From Clostridium felsineum DSM 794 (GTDB lineage Bacteria > Bacillota > Clostridia > Clostridiales > Clostridiaceae): a stretch of DNA of 24,000 bases. Made by a program: the position numbers and the translations under genes. Each line of letters opens with the position of its first letter. Positions within the stretch are counted from its first letter, which is position 1. The stretch spans positions 1,323,731 to 1,347,730 of the forward strand of contig NZ_CP096980.1 of the NCBI RefSeq assembly GCF_002006355.2. Direction: 5' to 3'. Shown piece after piece: positions 14,815 through 23,012 of this stretch. The notes under the pieces are model-generated. The model saw only the letters and a program-made list of their open reading frames with translations. It had not been told where the DNA came from and did no database searches.

Positions 14815-16749
14815 GTGAAAAAAATAAAATTATTGAAAGAACACATCATGTTAGCAGCAATTCTTATATTATCTGCAATTTTAAATTTCGGGAATCTAAA
14901 ACTTGAGGGATATGGAAATGAATATTACTCTGCAAGTGTTAAGAGTATGCTTACAAGTTTTAAAAACTTATTTTTTTTAGCATCAGATCCTAAGGGTTTT
15001 TCAACTATAGATAAACCGCCTATAGGCTTCTGGCTGCAAGCAATTTCAGTAAAGATTTTTGGCTTTAATAGTTTTGGTATTATGTTACCTCAAGCTATTG
15101 CAGGAATAATTTCAGTTGCAATTATATATTTTCTTGTAAAGAAATACTTTGGTGTAAAAGCAGGGCTTGTTTCGGCATTATGTCTTGCAACTACTCCTAT
15201 TTTTGTTGCTGTAAGCAGAAACAATACAATAGACAATCAATTGGTAATGGTACTCTTGATTGCAGCTTATTTTTTATTGAAAGCTATTGAGAGTGCAAAA
15301 CTAAGGCATCTTATTATAAGTTTAGCTTTAGTTGGGATTGGATTTAATATAAAGATGCTTCAGGCATATTTAATAATTCCAGCTATATATATTACATATT
15401 TTATAGCATCCAATATAAAAATGAAAAAGAGAATTATAAATCTAGTTATTTCTACGGTAATATTGGTAGTTGTATCTTTCTCGTGGGCTACTGTTGTAGA
15501 CTTAGTTCCGGCAGCTAATAGACCATACGTTGGAAGTAGTGCAAATAACTCAGAATTACAACTTATTGTTGGACATAATGGAGTTGAAAGATTAAATAAT
15601 CAAAATAGCATTGGAAAAGAAATGTTCTCTATAGTTCAAAGGAAGATGAAAAAGAAAAGCAGTAATAAGAAAAAATCGAGTAATATTGTTAAAATTGTAG
15701 GAGCATTAGTTACTAACTCTTACTTAGATCAAATAAGTTGGCTTATACCACTGGCTATATTTGGATTTATAGCAGCTGCTTTAAAAGAGAAATTAAAGAG
15801 ACCTTTTGATAATGGTAGAAAAATATCTATAGTATTTTGGATGGCCTACTTTTTGCCACAAGCCTTCTACTTTACATTTACACAAGGTTCTTCTCAAGGT
15901 TATTATTTAACAATGCTTTCAGCACCAATTGCAGCCCTTGTAGGTATTGGAATGAGATATCTTTGGAACTTATATAGAGAAAACAACAAAGGGGCATATA
16001 TGCTTCCAATAGCCTTTTTGATTGACGGTGGATTTCAATTTATATTGTTATATTTCTATAGTAATATTTCAAGTGTAGTTAGCATTTTGATGGCTGTAGT
16101 TGGGATATTTAGTTTAGTAAGTTCCGGTGCTTTAATTTTAAATAAGAAAAAGAGTAAATTAAATAGTGGGTTTAAAAAAGCAATAACAGCATTGGGGTTG
16201 ATAGGATTGATAATAACTCCAATGGTCTGGTCTGGAACAACTTTAGTATATAAAATGCTAGGAAGCTTTCCAACAGCAGGTTTTGAACTGAGAAGCAATA
16301 GCAGCATAATGAGTAATGTATTGACACAGATGAGTAGTGAAACAACACCAACTACTTTTAAACTTATGAAATATCTAGAGTCGCATGAGGATAATGAAAA
16401 ATATTTGTTAATAACAGCTAATCCCATAATAGATGTATCAAGTATGGAACTTTATACAGATAGATCAGCTATAGCACTAGGTGGTTTTATGAGCACAGAT
16501 AAGGTTATAAGTTTAAATGAATTTAAGGAAATGGTTAAAAATGGTCAGGTTAGATATGTTATGTATTCTGACATAGTAAGTAATGCTGATAAAGATAATC
16601 CCAATAATGCAATATTTGCTTGGGTGAAAAATAATGGAAAACTTGTTGATAAGAATGAGTGGTATGATTCGGATGATAAAAAACTCAGTGTTATGTGTTC
16701 ACCAGAATTTTCTAAGCTTTATGATTTGAAAGGTTGTAAAGTTAATTAA
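14815..16749 (+). CDS. GT-C fold glycosyltransferase, GT39/ArnT/PMT-like
   Basis: 644 aa. GTG start 7 nt after GGAGGA. Many TM helices. First extracytoplasmic loop carries DKPPIGFW, typical of ArnT/PMT enzymes. C-terminal soluble domain of about 130 aa. Confidence 0.8.
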   Translation: MKKIKLLKEHIMLAAILILSAILNFGNLKLEGYGNEYYSASVKSMLTSFKNLFFLASDPKGFSTIDKPPIGFWLQAISVKIFGFNSFGIMLPQAIAGIISVAIIYFLVKKYFGVKAGLVSALCLATTPIFVAVSRNNTIDNQLVMVLLIAAYFLLKAIESAKLRHLIISLALVGIGFNIKMLQAYLIIPAIYITYFIASNIKMKKRIINLVISTVILVVVSFSWATVVDLVPAANRPYVGSSANNSELQLIVGHNGVERLNNQNSIGKEMFSIVQRKMKKKSSNKKKSSNIVKIVGALVTNSYLDQISWLIPLAIFGFIAAALKEKLKRPFDNGRKISIVFWMAYFLPQAFYFTFTQGSSQGYYLTMLSAPIAALVGIGMRYLWNLYRENNKGAYMLPIAFLIDGGFQFILLYFYSNISSVVSILMAVVGIFSLVSSGALILNKKKSKLNSGFKKAITALGLIGLIITPMVWSGTTLVYKMLGSFPTAGFELRSNSSIMSNVLTQMSSETTPTTFKLMKYLESHEDNEKYLLITANPIIDVSSMELYTDRSAIALGGFMSTDKVISLNEFKEMVKNGQVRYVMYSDIVSNADKDNPNNAIFAWVKNNGKLVDKNEWYDSDDKKLSVMCSPEFSKLYDLKGCKVN

Positions 16750-16762
16750 AATTATTTGATTG

Positions 16763-16813
16763 AAAAGAGCTGTATAGTTAACATAAATTTTACGTTAATT
16801 ACACAGCTCTTTT
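16763..16813. terminator. Bidirectional hairpin terminator between the GT39 and GNAT genes
   Basis: aaaagagctgt...acagctctttt forms a long stem (one mismatch, one G-U pair) flanked by an A-run and a T-run, so it can serve both strands. Confidence 0.7.
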
Positions 16814-16814
16814 A

Positions 16815-17342
16815 TTATAATATTTTTTCATAGAGTCTAAAGACATCTAAGCCATAATGAGAAAGACCTAGGTCAACAGAAGAAACGTAGTTAAAACCAC
16901 ATTTTTCATACAATTTAATTGCAGGAAAGTTTTTCTCATAAACATCTAATCTAACAGCTTTAGCATGATTTTTAATACTGTATTTAGTTGAGAAATCTAT
17001 AAGGCTCTCTCCAATACCATGCCTTAAAAACTTAGGATGAACTACAAAGGTATATATAATAAATACATCCGAATAATCTGATTCAAAACTCCATTTTACA
17101 TTATAATATGCTGGTTCTGGCTTATGACTTAATATTAAAGAGCCTACTATTTTCCCATGGTATTTTGCAATATATAGATTGCCATTTTTTATACCATCAA
17201 TTGCATTTTGTCTAACAGGATACACTCCTTTTATCCAGCCTGGATAGTTTATTTCTGATGCCAAATAGTCATTTAAATCATTATAAAGAAGTTCTAGTTC
17301 ATCAATATCATTTATTGTACCTAATTGAATAGTAGGTGACAC
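16815..17342 (-). CDS. GNAT-family N-acetyltransferase
   Basis: Acetyl-CoA motif A region FVVHPKFLRHGIGESL and motif B region LDVYEKNFPAIKLYEKCGF. Start moved to the GTG at 17342, 9 nt after GGGAG; the TTG at 17351 abuts the RBS. Confidence 0.8.
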   Translation of the reverse strand: MSPTIQLGTINDIDELELLYNDLNDYLASEINYPGWIKGVYPVRQNAIDGIKNGNLYIAKYHGKIVGSLILSHKPEPAYYNVKWSFESDYSDVFIIYTFVVHPKFLRHGIGESLIDFSTKYSIKNHAKAVRLDVYEKNFPAIKLYEKCGFNYVSSVDLGLSHYGLDVFRLYEKIL

Positions 17343-17363
17343 GTTTATCAACTCCCTAAAATT

Positions 17364-17912
17364 TTATTCATTAATATTAAGTTCAAGAAAAGTATTTCCA
17401 TCTAAATCTTTTATTTCAAATAAATTATCGCAAAGTACAGCATAAGAATTTGGACTGTCTTCTTTTGGTATAGAGATAGAACCAGGATTTATTATGTATA
17501 TATTATTTTTCTTTTTTGCAACAGGAACATGGGTGTGACCATAAAGAAAAATATCACCATCTCTAAGTTTGGGCAAATTATCCTCATTATAAACATGACC
17601 GTGAGTTAAAAAGACTCTTTTATCATTGTATAAAATAGTAGAGTAGGTTGACATTATAGGGTAGGTTAAGACCATCTCATCAACTTCGCTGTCGCAGTTT
17701 CCACGAATAGCAATTATTTTTTCACTATATGTATTTAAAAGTTCAGCTACATCTTTTGGATTGTAACCTAAAGGAAGTGGATTTCTAGCACCATGATATA
17801 ATTCATCTCCAAGGATAACTATAAAATCAGCCTTTTCAGCGTTGAATCTATTTAGGGCTTTTTGAAGATAATTGAGTGAGCCGTGGATATCAGACATAAA
17901 AAAGATTTTCAT
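17364..17912 (-). CDS. YfcE/MJ0936-family metallophosphoesterase
   Basis: 182 aa. Motifs SDIHG, LGDELYHG, GNCD, THGH and GHTH in canonical calcineurin-like order. Confidence 0.85.
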   Translation of the reverse strand: MKIFFMSDIHGSLNYLQKALNRFNAEKADFIVILGDELYHGARNPLPLGYNPKDVAELLNTYSEKIIAIRGNCDSEVDEMVLTYPIMSTYSTILYNDKRVFLTHGHVYNEDNLPKLRDGDIFLYGHTHVPVAKKKNNIYIINPGSISIPKEDSPNSYAVLCDNLFEIKDLDGNTFLELNINE

Positions 17913-18034
17913 TTTACATACCGTCCTTTCAATATTAAGTATATTTTATTTAATTTGAGAATTTGTGTCAACATAAAGAATATAATAATATTAATTCTAC
18001 TGCCCATATAAATTTGAATAGGTGGTGAAATATT

Positions 18035-18358
18035 TTGGATAAAATAATACTGGAAATTTTAAAAGCTATGCAGCAGGACATTAAAGTGATTAAACAGGAA
18101 CTAGCGGGAGCAAAAGAAGAAATAAGGCTTACAAAGCTAGAGGTAAAAAGATTAAAAAAAGGAGAAGAAGAGAAAAATAAAGTACTTATTGAATTACAAA
18201 CACTTATGGATAATGTTTTGGAAAATCAGGAAAATATAAAAACAAAAATAGATAGCGTTGGTACAGAATGTGAAAGTATGAGAAAAGATTTAAGTAATAT
18301 TGAAGTTATAACAGCTAGTAACTGGTCAGATATAGCCAAATTAAAAAATGTGAAATAA
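18035..18358 (+). CDS. Hypothetical coiled-coil protein
   Basis: 107 aa. TTG start 6 nt after GGTGGTGA. Heptad-rich E/K/L composition, no TM segment or signal peptide. No family recognised. Confidence 0.45.
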   Translation: MDKIILEILKAMQQDIKVIKQELAGAKEEIRLTKLEVKRLKKGEEEKNKVLIELQTLMDNVLENQENIKTKIDSVGTECESMRKDLSNIEVITASNWSDIAKLKNVK

Positions 18359-18409
18359 TTCATACAGGTTTTAAAGTAAACTGCTATTTTCTAATTAAAA
18401 TTATTTATG

Positions 18410-18418
18410 TGGTATACT
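18410..18418 (+). promoter_or_regulatory. Extended -10 element (TGgTATACT) upstream of the helicase gene
   Basis: TG one base upstream of TATACT (18413-18418). The -35 region is weak. It lies about 45 nt upstream of the ATG at 18461. Confidence 0.35.
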
Positions 18419-18460
18419 AGTAAAGAAAAAGATTTGAATATAAAAGTACGAGGTAATAAT

Positions 18461-19906
18461 ATGAAGAAACTAGAGTTTAAAGATTTAGGATTAAGTGAAG
18501 AAATTTTAGAGTCAATAGGAAAGCTTGGGTACAAAACACCATCAAGTATTCAGGAAAAAGTTATCCCAATAATTCTTAAAAATAGAGATATAATTGCAAA
18601 AGCAAAAACAGGAAGTGGAAAAACAGCTGCTTTTGCAATTCCAATATGTGAAAAAATAGAATTAGAAGAAAAGGCTCCGCAGGTTTTAGTTTTAACACCA
18701 ACACGTGAACTTGCATATCAGATAAAAGAAGATTTTTTAAACATAGGTAGGTTTAAAAGGTTAAGGTGCGTAAGTATTTTTGGAAAAGAACCTATTTCAA
18801 ATCAAATAAGGGAGCTTAAGCAGAGATGTCACATTGTAGTTGGAACCCCAGGTAGAATATTAGATCATATAGAAAGAGAAACCTTAAATCTTTCAAAGAT
18901 AAAATATGTTGTTATAGATGAAGCAGATGAAATGCTTAATATGGGATTTATAGAACAAGTGGAAGGGATACTTTCAAAGCTTGAAAAGAATAGAAATACC
19001 CTTCTTTTTTCAGCTACACTTCCGGAAACCATAGTGAATTTATCTGAGAAATACATGAAAAACGCTGAAAATGTTGAGGTGAAAGATGAAGCTTCAAGTA
19101 AAGGTGAAATTGAGGAGCTTTACTATAAGGTAGAGGCAAGAGAAAAGTTTTCGCTTTTAGTTAAGCTTATATATAAAGAGCTTCCCGGCAGTTCTATTGT
19201 ATTCTGTAGAACAAAAGATAATGTGGAAGAGGTATTTGGTAAAATGAAGGATAAAGGATTTATATGTGGTGCCCTTCATGGTGGTATGCTTCAGCAGGAT
19301 AGAATACAGGTTATGAATGACTTTAAAAAAGGTAAATTTACATTTCTAGTAGCAACAGATGTAGCTGCAAGGGGTATTGATGTTGAAAACATAACACATG
19401 TCATAAATTACGATATACCTATGGAGAAGGAAAGTTATATTCATAGAATAGGTAGAACTGGACGTATGGGAAACAGAGGAAAGGCTATAACCTTTGTTAC
19501 TATGAAGGAAGAAAGATTTCTAAAAGATATTGAAAATGAATTTTCGCGTTATATAAAAGAAGGAAATATGCCAACAAAAGAAGAGGTTCTAAAGGGAAGA
19601 GAGACTTTAAAAAGTACCTCTCAAAAGCTCAATAAAACAAAACATAATAAAATAGAAAAATTAAATAAAGATATTACGAAGCTTCATTTAAGTGCAGGAA
19701 AGAAAAAGAAAATAAGACCGGGAGATATAGCGGGAACCATATCAAGCATAGAGGGAATAAAGCCTGAAGACATTGGTATAATTGATATACACGATAGTTT
19801 TTCATATGTAGAAATATTAAATGGTAAGGGAAATGTTGTTATTAAGGCAATGGAGAGTAAGACTATAAAAGGCAAAAAAGTTAGGGCACAGGTGGCACAG
19901 AAATAA
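18461..19906 (+). CDS. dbpA: DEAD-box ATP-dependent RNA helicase, DbpA/YxiN-type, with C-terminal RNA-binding domain
   Basis: 481 aa counted from the ATG at 18461 (MKKLEFKDLGL; the ORF-track start at 18407 lies within the predicted extended -10 element and has no recognisable RBS). Q-motif GYKTPSSIQ, Walker A AKTGSGKT, DEAD, SAT, HRIGRTGR. C-terminal KIRPGDIAGTIS...IGIIDIHDSFSYVEI matches the DbpA RBD pattern. Confidence 0.85.
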   Translation: MKKLEFKDLGLSEEILESIGKLGYKTPSSIQEKVIPIILKNRDIIAKAKTGSGKTAAFAIPICEKIELEEKAPQVLVLTPTRELAYQIKEDFLNIGRFKRLRCVSIFGKEPISNQIRELKQRCHIVVGTPGRILDHIERETLNLSKIKYVVIDEADEMLNMGFIEQVEGILSKLEKNRNTLLFSATLPETIVNLSEKYMKNAENVEVKDEASSKGEIEELYYKVEAREKFSLLVKLIYKELPGSSIVFCRTKDNVEEVFGKMKDKGFICGALHGGMLQQDRIQVMNDFKKGKFTFLVATDVAARGIDVENITHVINYDIPMEKESYIHRIGRTGRMGNRGKAITFVTMKEERFLKDIENEFSRYIKEGNMPTKEEVLKGRETLKSTSQKLNKTKHNKIEKLNKDITKLHLSAGKKKKIRPGDIAGTISSIEGIKPEDIGIIDIHDSFSYVEILNGKGNVVIKAMESKTIKGKKVRAQVAQK

Positions 19907-19955
19907 AAGAAGTGAATATAATAATTAATGGTAATATTTTAGAGAGGTAAATTAG

Positions 19956-21248
19956 TTGAGGATATATGTTGTTAGGCCAGGTGACAGTGTTTACAGTATA
20001 GCGAGAAGCTTTGGCGTTACACCTGAAAGTATTTTAGAGTCAAATAAGCTTCAAAATAATCAATTAGTTATAGGTCAGACGGTTGTTGTACCGAGTACAG
20101 AAATATCCTATAGAGTAAGACCTGGAGATACCCTGTGGTCTATATCACGAAAGTTTAGGGTATCACCTGAAAGTATTCAAAAGTTAAATAATCTTCAAAA
20201 TCCATCTCAAGTTTATCCAGGGCTTATTTTAAGAATACCTGAAAATGCAAAAAATTACGGAACCATAGAGGTAAATGCATTTATACAGCCATCAACCAAG
20301 GAAAAGGAAGATGCAGTTTTGAGTGAAAGTTTACCATATCTTACTTATATAACACCCTTTAGTCATCATGTAACAGAAACAGCAGGTCTCACACCCCTTG
20401 ACGATGAAAATATAATAAATCAAGCAAAAAAAGCAGGGGTTAATCCAATGCTTTCTGTTACCAATATAACAGGCACCACTGGGTCAAATTTTAATAGTGA
20501 GCTTATAAGTAACATACTTAATAGTGAAACTCTTGAGAATATCCTTATAAATAATATTTTGAGTCTGATTAGAAGTAAAGGTTATTATGGGGTAATAGTT
20601 GATTTTGAGAGAATACCACCAAAGGATAGGGAAAACTATAATAATTTTTTAAGAAAGCTCACAGAAAGACTACATCCTGATTATAAAGTAGCAACAGCAT
20701 TGGCACCAAAAACCTATGATATAAAGGAAGGTTCCTGGCATGGAGCACATGATTACAAGGCGCATGGAGAGATTGTGGACTTTGTTATAATTATGACCTA
20801 CGAATGGGGTTGGTCAGGAGGCCCACCACTAGCTGTGGCTCCGATAGATCAAGTTGAGAAGGTAATAAGATATGCGGTAAGTGTTATTCCGCCTTCGAAA
20901 ATAATGATGGGAATTCCACTGTATGGTTATGATTGGACGCTTCCGTATATACCTAAAGGAGAATTTGCAGAAACTATAGGAAATGATGAAGCAATAGAAA
21001 GAGCAAGAAAATATGGAGCTAGAATAAAGTATGACATAAAATCTCAGTCGCCTTACTATAACTATGTAGACGCAGAGGGTAGACAGCACGTAGTTTGGTT
21101 TGAAGATGCAAGAAGTGTTGAAGAAAAGTACAAATTAGTTTTTAGGTATAAATTAAAAGGTGTAAGCTATTGGGTTTTAGCTAGGTCCTTCACTCAAAAT
21201 TTTAAGGTTTTAGATAATATGTTTATGATAAAAAAATATAATCAATAG
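19956..21248 (+). CDS. LysM-LysM-GH18 spore cortex hydrolase-like protein (YaaH/SleL family)
   Basis: 430 aa. TTG start after AGAGAGG. Two LysM repeats (YVVRPGDSVYSIARSFGV... and YRVRPGDTLWSISRKFRV...). GH18 barrel with GVIVDFE catalytic-region motif and MTYEWGW. Confidence 0.8.
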   Translation: MRIYVVRPGDSVYSIARSFGVTPESILESNKLQNNQLVIGQTVVVPSTEISYRVRPGDTLWSISRKFRVSPESIQKLNNLQNPSQVYPGLILRIPENAKNYGTIEVNAFIQPSTKEKEDAVLSESLPYLTYITPFSHHVTETAGLTPLDDENIINQAKKAGVNPMLSVTNITGTTGSNFNSELISNILNSETLENILINNILSLIRSKGYYGVIVDFERIPPKDRENYNNFLRKLTERLHPDYKVATALAPKTYDIKEGSWHGAHDYKAHGEIVDFVIIMTYEWGWSGGPPLAVAPIDQVEKVIRYAVSVIPPSKIMMGIPLYGYDWTLPYIPKGEFAETIGNDEAIERARKYGARIKYDIKSQSPYYNYVDAEGRQHVVWFEDARSVEEKYKLVFRYKLKGVSYWVLARSFTQNFKVLDNMFMIKKYNQ

Positions 21249-21281
21249 AATAGCGATGGTATGAGTATATAATATTGGAAC

Positions 21282-21322
21282 AGGAGCGTACATTAGTTTT
21301 TACGTTCCTTCTTTTATTTTTT
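21282..21322 (+). terminator. Rho-independent terminator after the GH18 gene
   Basis: aggagcgt (21282-21289) / acgttcct (21302-21309), one mismatch, followed by tcttttatttttt. Confidence 0.6.
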
Positions 21323-21405
21323 GGAAAACATAAAAAAAGAATGAAGTAATATATTTACAAAACGATAATTAAGTTGAAAACAATATAATATATGGAGGAA
21401 GAAAA

Positions 21406-22845
21406 ATGAAAAAAAAATTAAAAATCGTTATAAGTATGTCATTACTTATAACTTTTAGTAGCGTATCAAATGTATTTGCAGCATCAGTTAAAAAAGGAAA
21501 CCATAATTTAAAATTGGCAGCATATTCGCAAATGAAAAAAAGTATCAAAACTGCAGAAGCTGAGACACATTATAATGAAGCTACACCTGGAAGTGGTTTT
21601 ATTAATGCAAAAGTAGGGGATGTGTTAGATAACCCAGAAGAAAGTTGGACAAGATATGATGATTCTAATAGCAAAATAGTTTATAAAGGTAATTGGACAA
21701 CTTTAAATTATGGAGGAGATGGTAACTGGGATAAACAATATCAAGGAACAAATTCACTAGATGCAAGTATTGTATTTTGTTTTAAAGGAACCAAACTTAG
21801 ATTGATATCTTCAATGTCAAACTATTGTAGCAATAACATAATAGTAACTATTGATGGAAAAGTTGATCATTTTAATGAAGGAAATAATAGTGATGGTGCT
21901 TTATGGAAAATGTTGGCTTATCAAAAGGATGGATTAGAGGATAAAATACATACAGTAAAAATATCAATGGCTCCTAACGAAACAAAACCAATAGATAATA
22001 AAAAAAATGGTGAAAACAATTATTGGATGGAATTAGATGCTGTTGATATAGATACAACTGGTGCGTTAGAAGATTTACCTACTGTAAATTTAGATAAGAC
22101 AGAAGATTCAATATTAAAAGATCAAACAGAGCAACTAGTGGCTACAGTTAATCCGGAAGATTTGGCAAATAAGGACTTAGATTGGGTATCAAGTGATCCA
22201 AGTATAGCAACAGTTGATGAATCTGGAAAAGTAACAGGGATAAAGCCTGGAAATACTACTATAACAGCTACAACTAAGGATGGAAGTAATATAAGTGCAA
22301 CATGTAAATTAGCAGTTGATGATTATTGGACTGGAACTACTTTAGGTAATGCTACTGTAAAAAATAAATTAGATCAACCTGATAAGGGTTGGATAAGATA
22401 TGATGATTCTAATAGTAGAGTATTGCATAATGGTAGCTTTGAGACTTTAAAACTTGGAGGAAGCGAAAATTGTGGAGGCTCTTATCAAGGAACCCATTCA
22501 AAAGATGCAAGTATTGTATTTTCCTTTAAAGGAACTAAACTTAGGTTGATATCTTCAATGTCAAACTATTGTAGCGATGGAATAATGGTAACTATTGATG
22601 GAAAAAGTGAATATTTTGATGAAGGAAATAATAGTGATACTGCTTTATGGCAAATGTTGGTTTATCAAAAGGATGGGTTAGAGGATACAATACATACAGT
22701 AAAAATATCAATGGATAATGAAACACAACCAACAACTAATACAAAAATTGGTGCAAACAATTATTGGATGGAATTAGATGCTATTGATGTTGGTTTAGAT
22801 GATGGACAAGCTCCACAAGATTTACCGGAAACAAATTTGAATTAA
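21406..22845 (+). CDS. Secreted protein: jelly-roll (CBM/galactose-binding-like) domain, Big_2 Ig-like domain, second copy of the jelly-roll domain
   Basis: 479 aa. GGAGG RBS. Signal peptide ending VFA|AS. Big_2-like core (LVATVNPEDLANKDLDWVSSDPSIATVDESGKVTGIKPGNTTITATT). It is flanked by two ~135-aa copies running from W(T/I)RYDDSNS to YWMELDA(V/I)D. The jelly-roll/CBM assignment is by pattern only. Confidence 0.7.
   Translation: MKKKLKIVISMSLLITFSSVSNVFAASVKKGNHNLKLAAYSQMKKSIKTAEAETHYNEATPGSGFINAKVGDVLDNPEESWTRYDDSNSKIVYKGNWTTLNYGGDGNWDKQYQGTNSLDASIVFCFKGTKLRLISSMSNYCSNNIIVTIDGKVDHFNEGNNSDGALWKMLAYQKDGLEDKIHTVKISMAPNETKPIDNKKNGENNYWMELDAVDIDTTGALEDLPTVNLDKTEDSILKDQTEQLVATVNPEDLANKDLDWVSSDPSIATVDESGKVTGIKPGNTTITATTKDGSNISATCKLAVDDYWTGTTLGNATVKNKLDQPDKGWIRYDDSNSRVLHNGSFETLKLGGSENCGGSYQGTHSKDASIVFSFKGTKLRLISSMSNYCSDGIMVTIDGKSEYFDEGNNSDTALWQMLVYQKDGLEDTIHTVKISMDNETQPTTNTKIGANNYWMELDAIDVGLDDGQAPQDLPETNLN
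21646..22050 (+). repeat. Intragenic repeat, copy 1 (jelly-roll domain)
   Basis: Copy 1 runs from the Trp codon at 21646 to 22050, with copy 2 offset by 744 nt. The 211-nt core at 21760-21970 aligns without gaps to 22504-22714, with roughly nine in ten bases identical by eye. Confidence 0.8.
22390..22791 (+). repeat. Intragenic repeat, copy 2 (jelly-roll domain)
   Basis: See copy 1. This copy is one codon shorter near its 3' end. Confidence 0.8.
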
Positions 22846-22923
22846 AAATAGTAAAAATCGAAAAAATAATAGAACTCATTTGTTATGAGTTAATTGTTTA
22901 AAGTGAAAAATTTACAAACAAAG

Positions 22924-22952
22924 AAAGAAGGATATAGATTCCTTCTTTTTTA
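22924..22952 (+). terminator. Rho-independent terminator after the secreted-protein gene
   Basis: aaagaagga (22924-22932) / tccttcttt (22940-22948), followed by a T-run. Confidence 0.65.
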
Positions 22953-22982
22953 TTTAGCATATTTAGATGCTATCAAAAAGCT

Positions 22983-23004
22983 AAAACAGGGAGCTTCAGC
23001 TCCC
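22983..23004 (-). terminator. Terminator of the minus-strand MCP gene
   Basis: gggagc (22989-22994) / gctccc (22999-23004). On the minus strand the stem is followed by tgtttt. Confidence 0.5.
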
Positions 23005-23012
23005 CCCTATAC

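Noticed and set aside
15646-15681. Tandem KKKSSN-KKKSSN in a loop of the GT39 protein
   Set aside because: Short, low-complexity Lys/Ser stretch. The Ser codons differ between the copies (agc agt versus tcg agt), so it is not a recent slippage event. It is probably just a charged cytoplasmic loop.
14301-16427. Minus-strand ORFs at 14301-14522 and 16056-16427
   Set aside because: They are antisense to the GT2/GtrA junction and to the GT39 gene, and have no independent support.
18865-21089. Minus-strand ORFs at 18865-19056, 19684-19875 and 20829-21089
   Set aside because: They are antisense to the DEAD-box helicase and GH18 genes, both of which carry complete canonical motifs.
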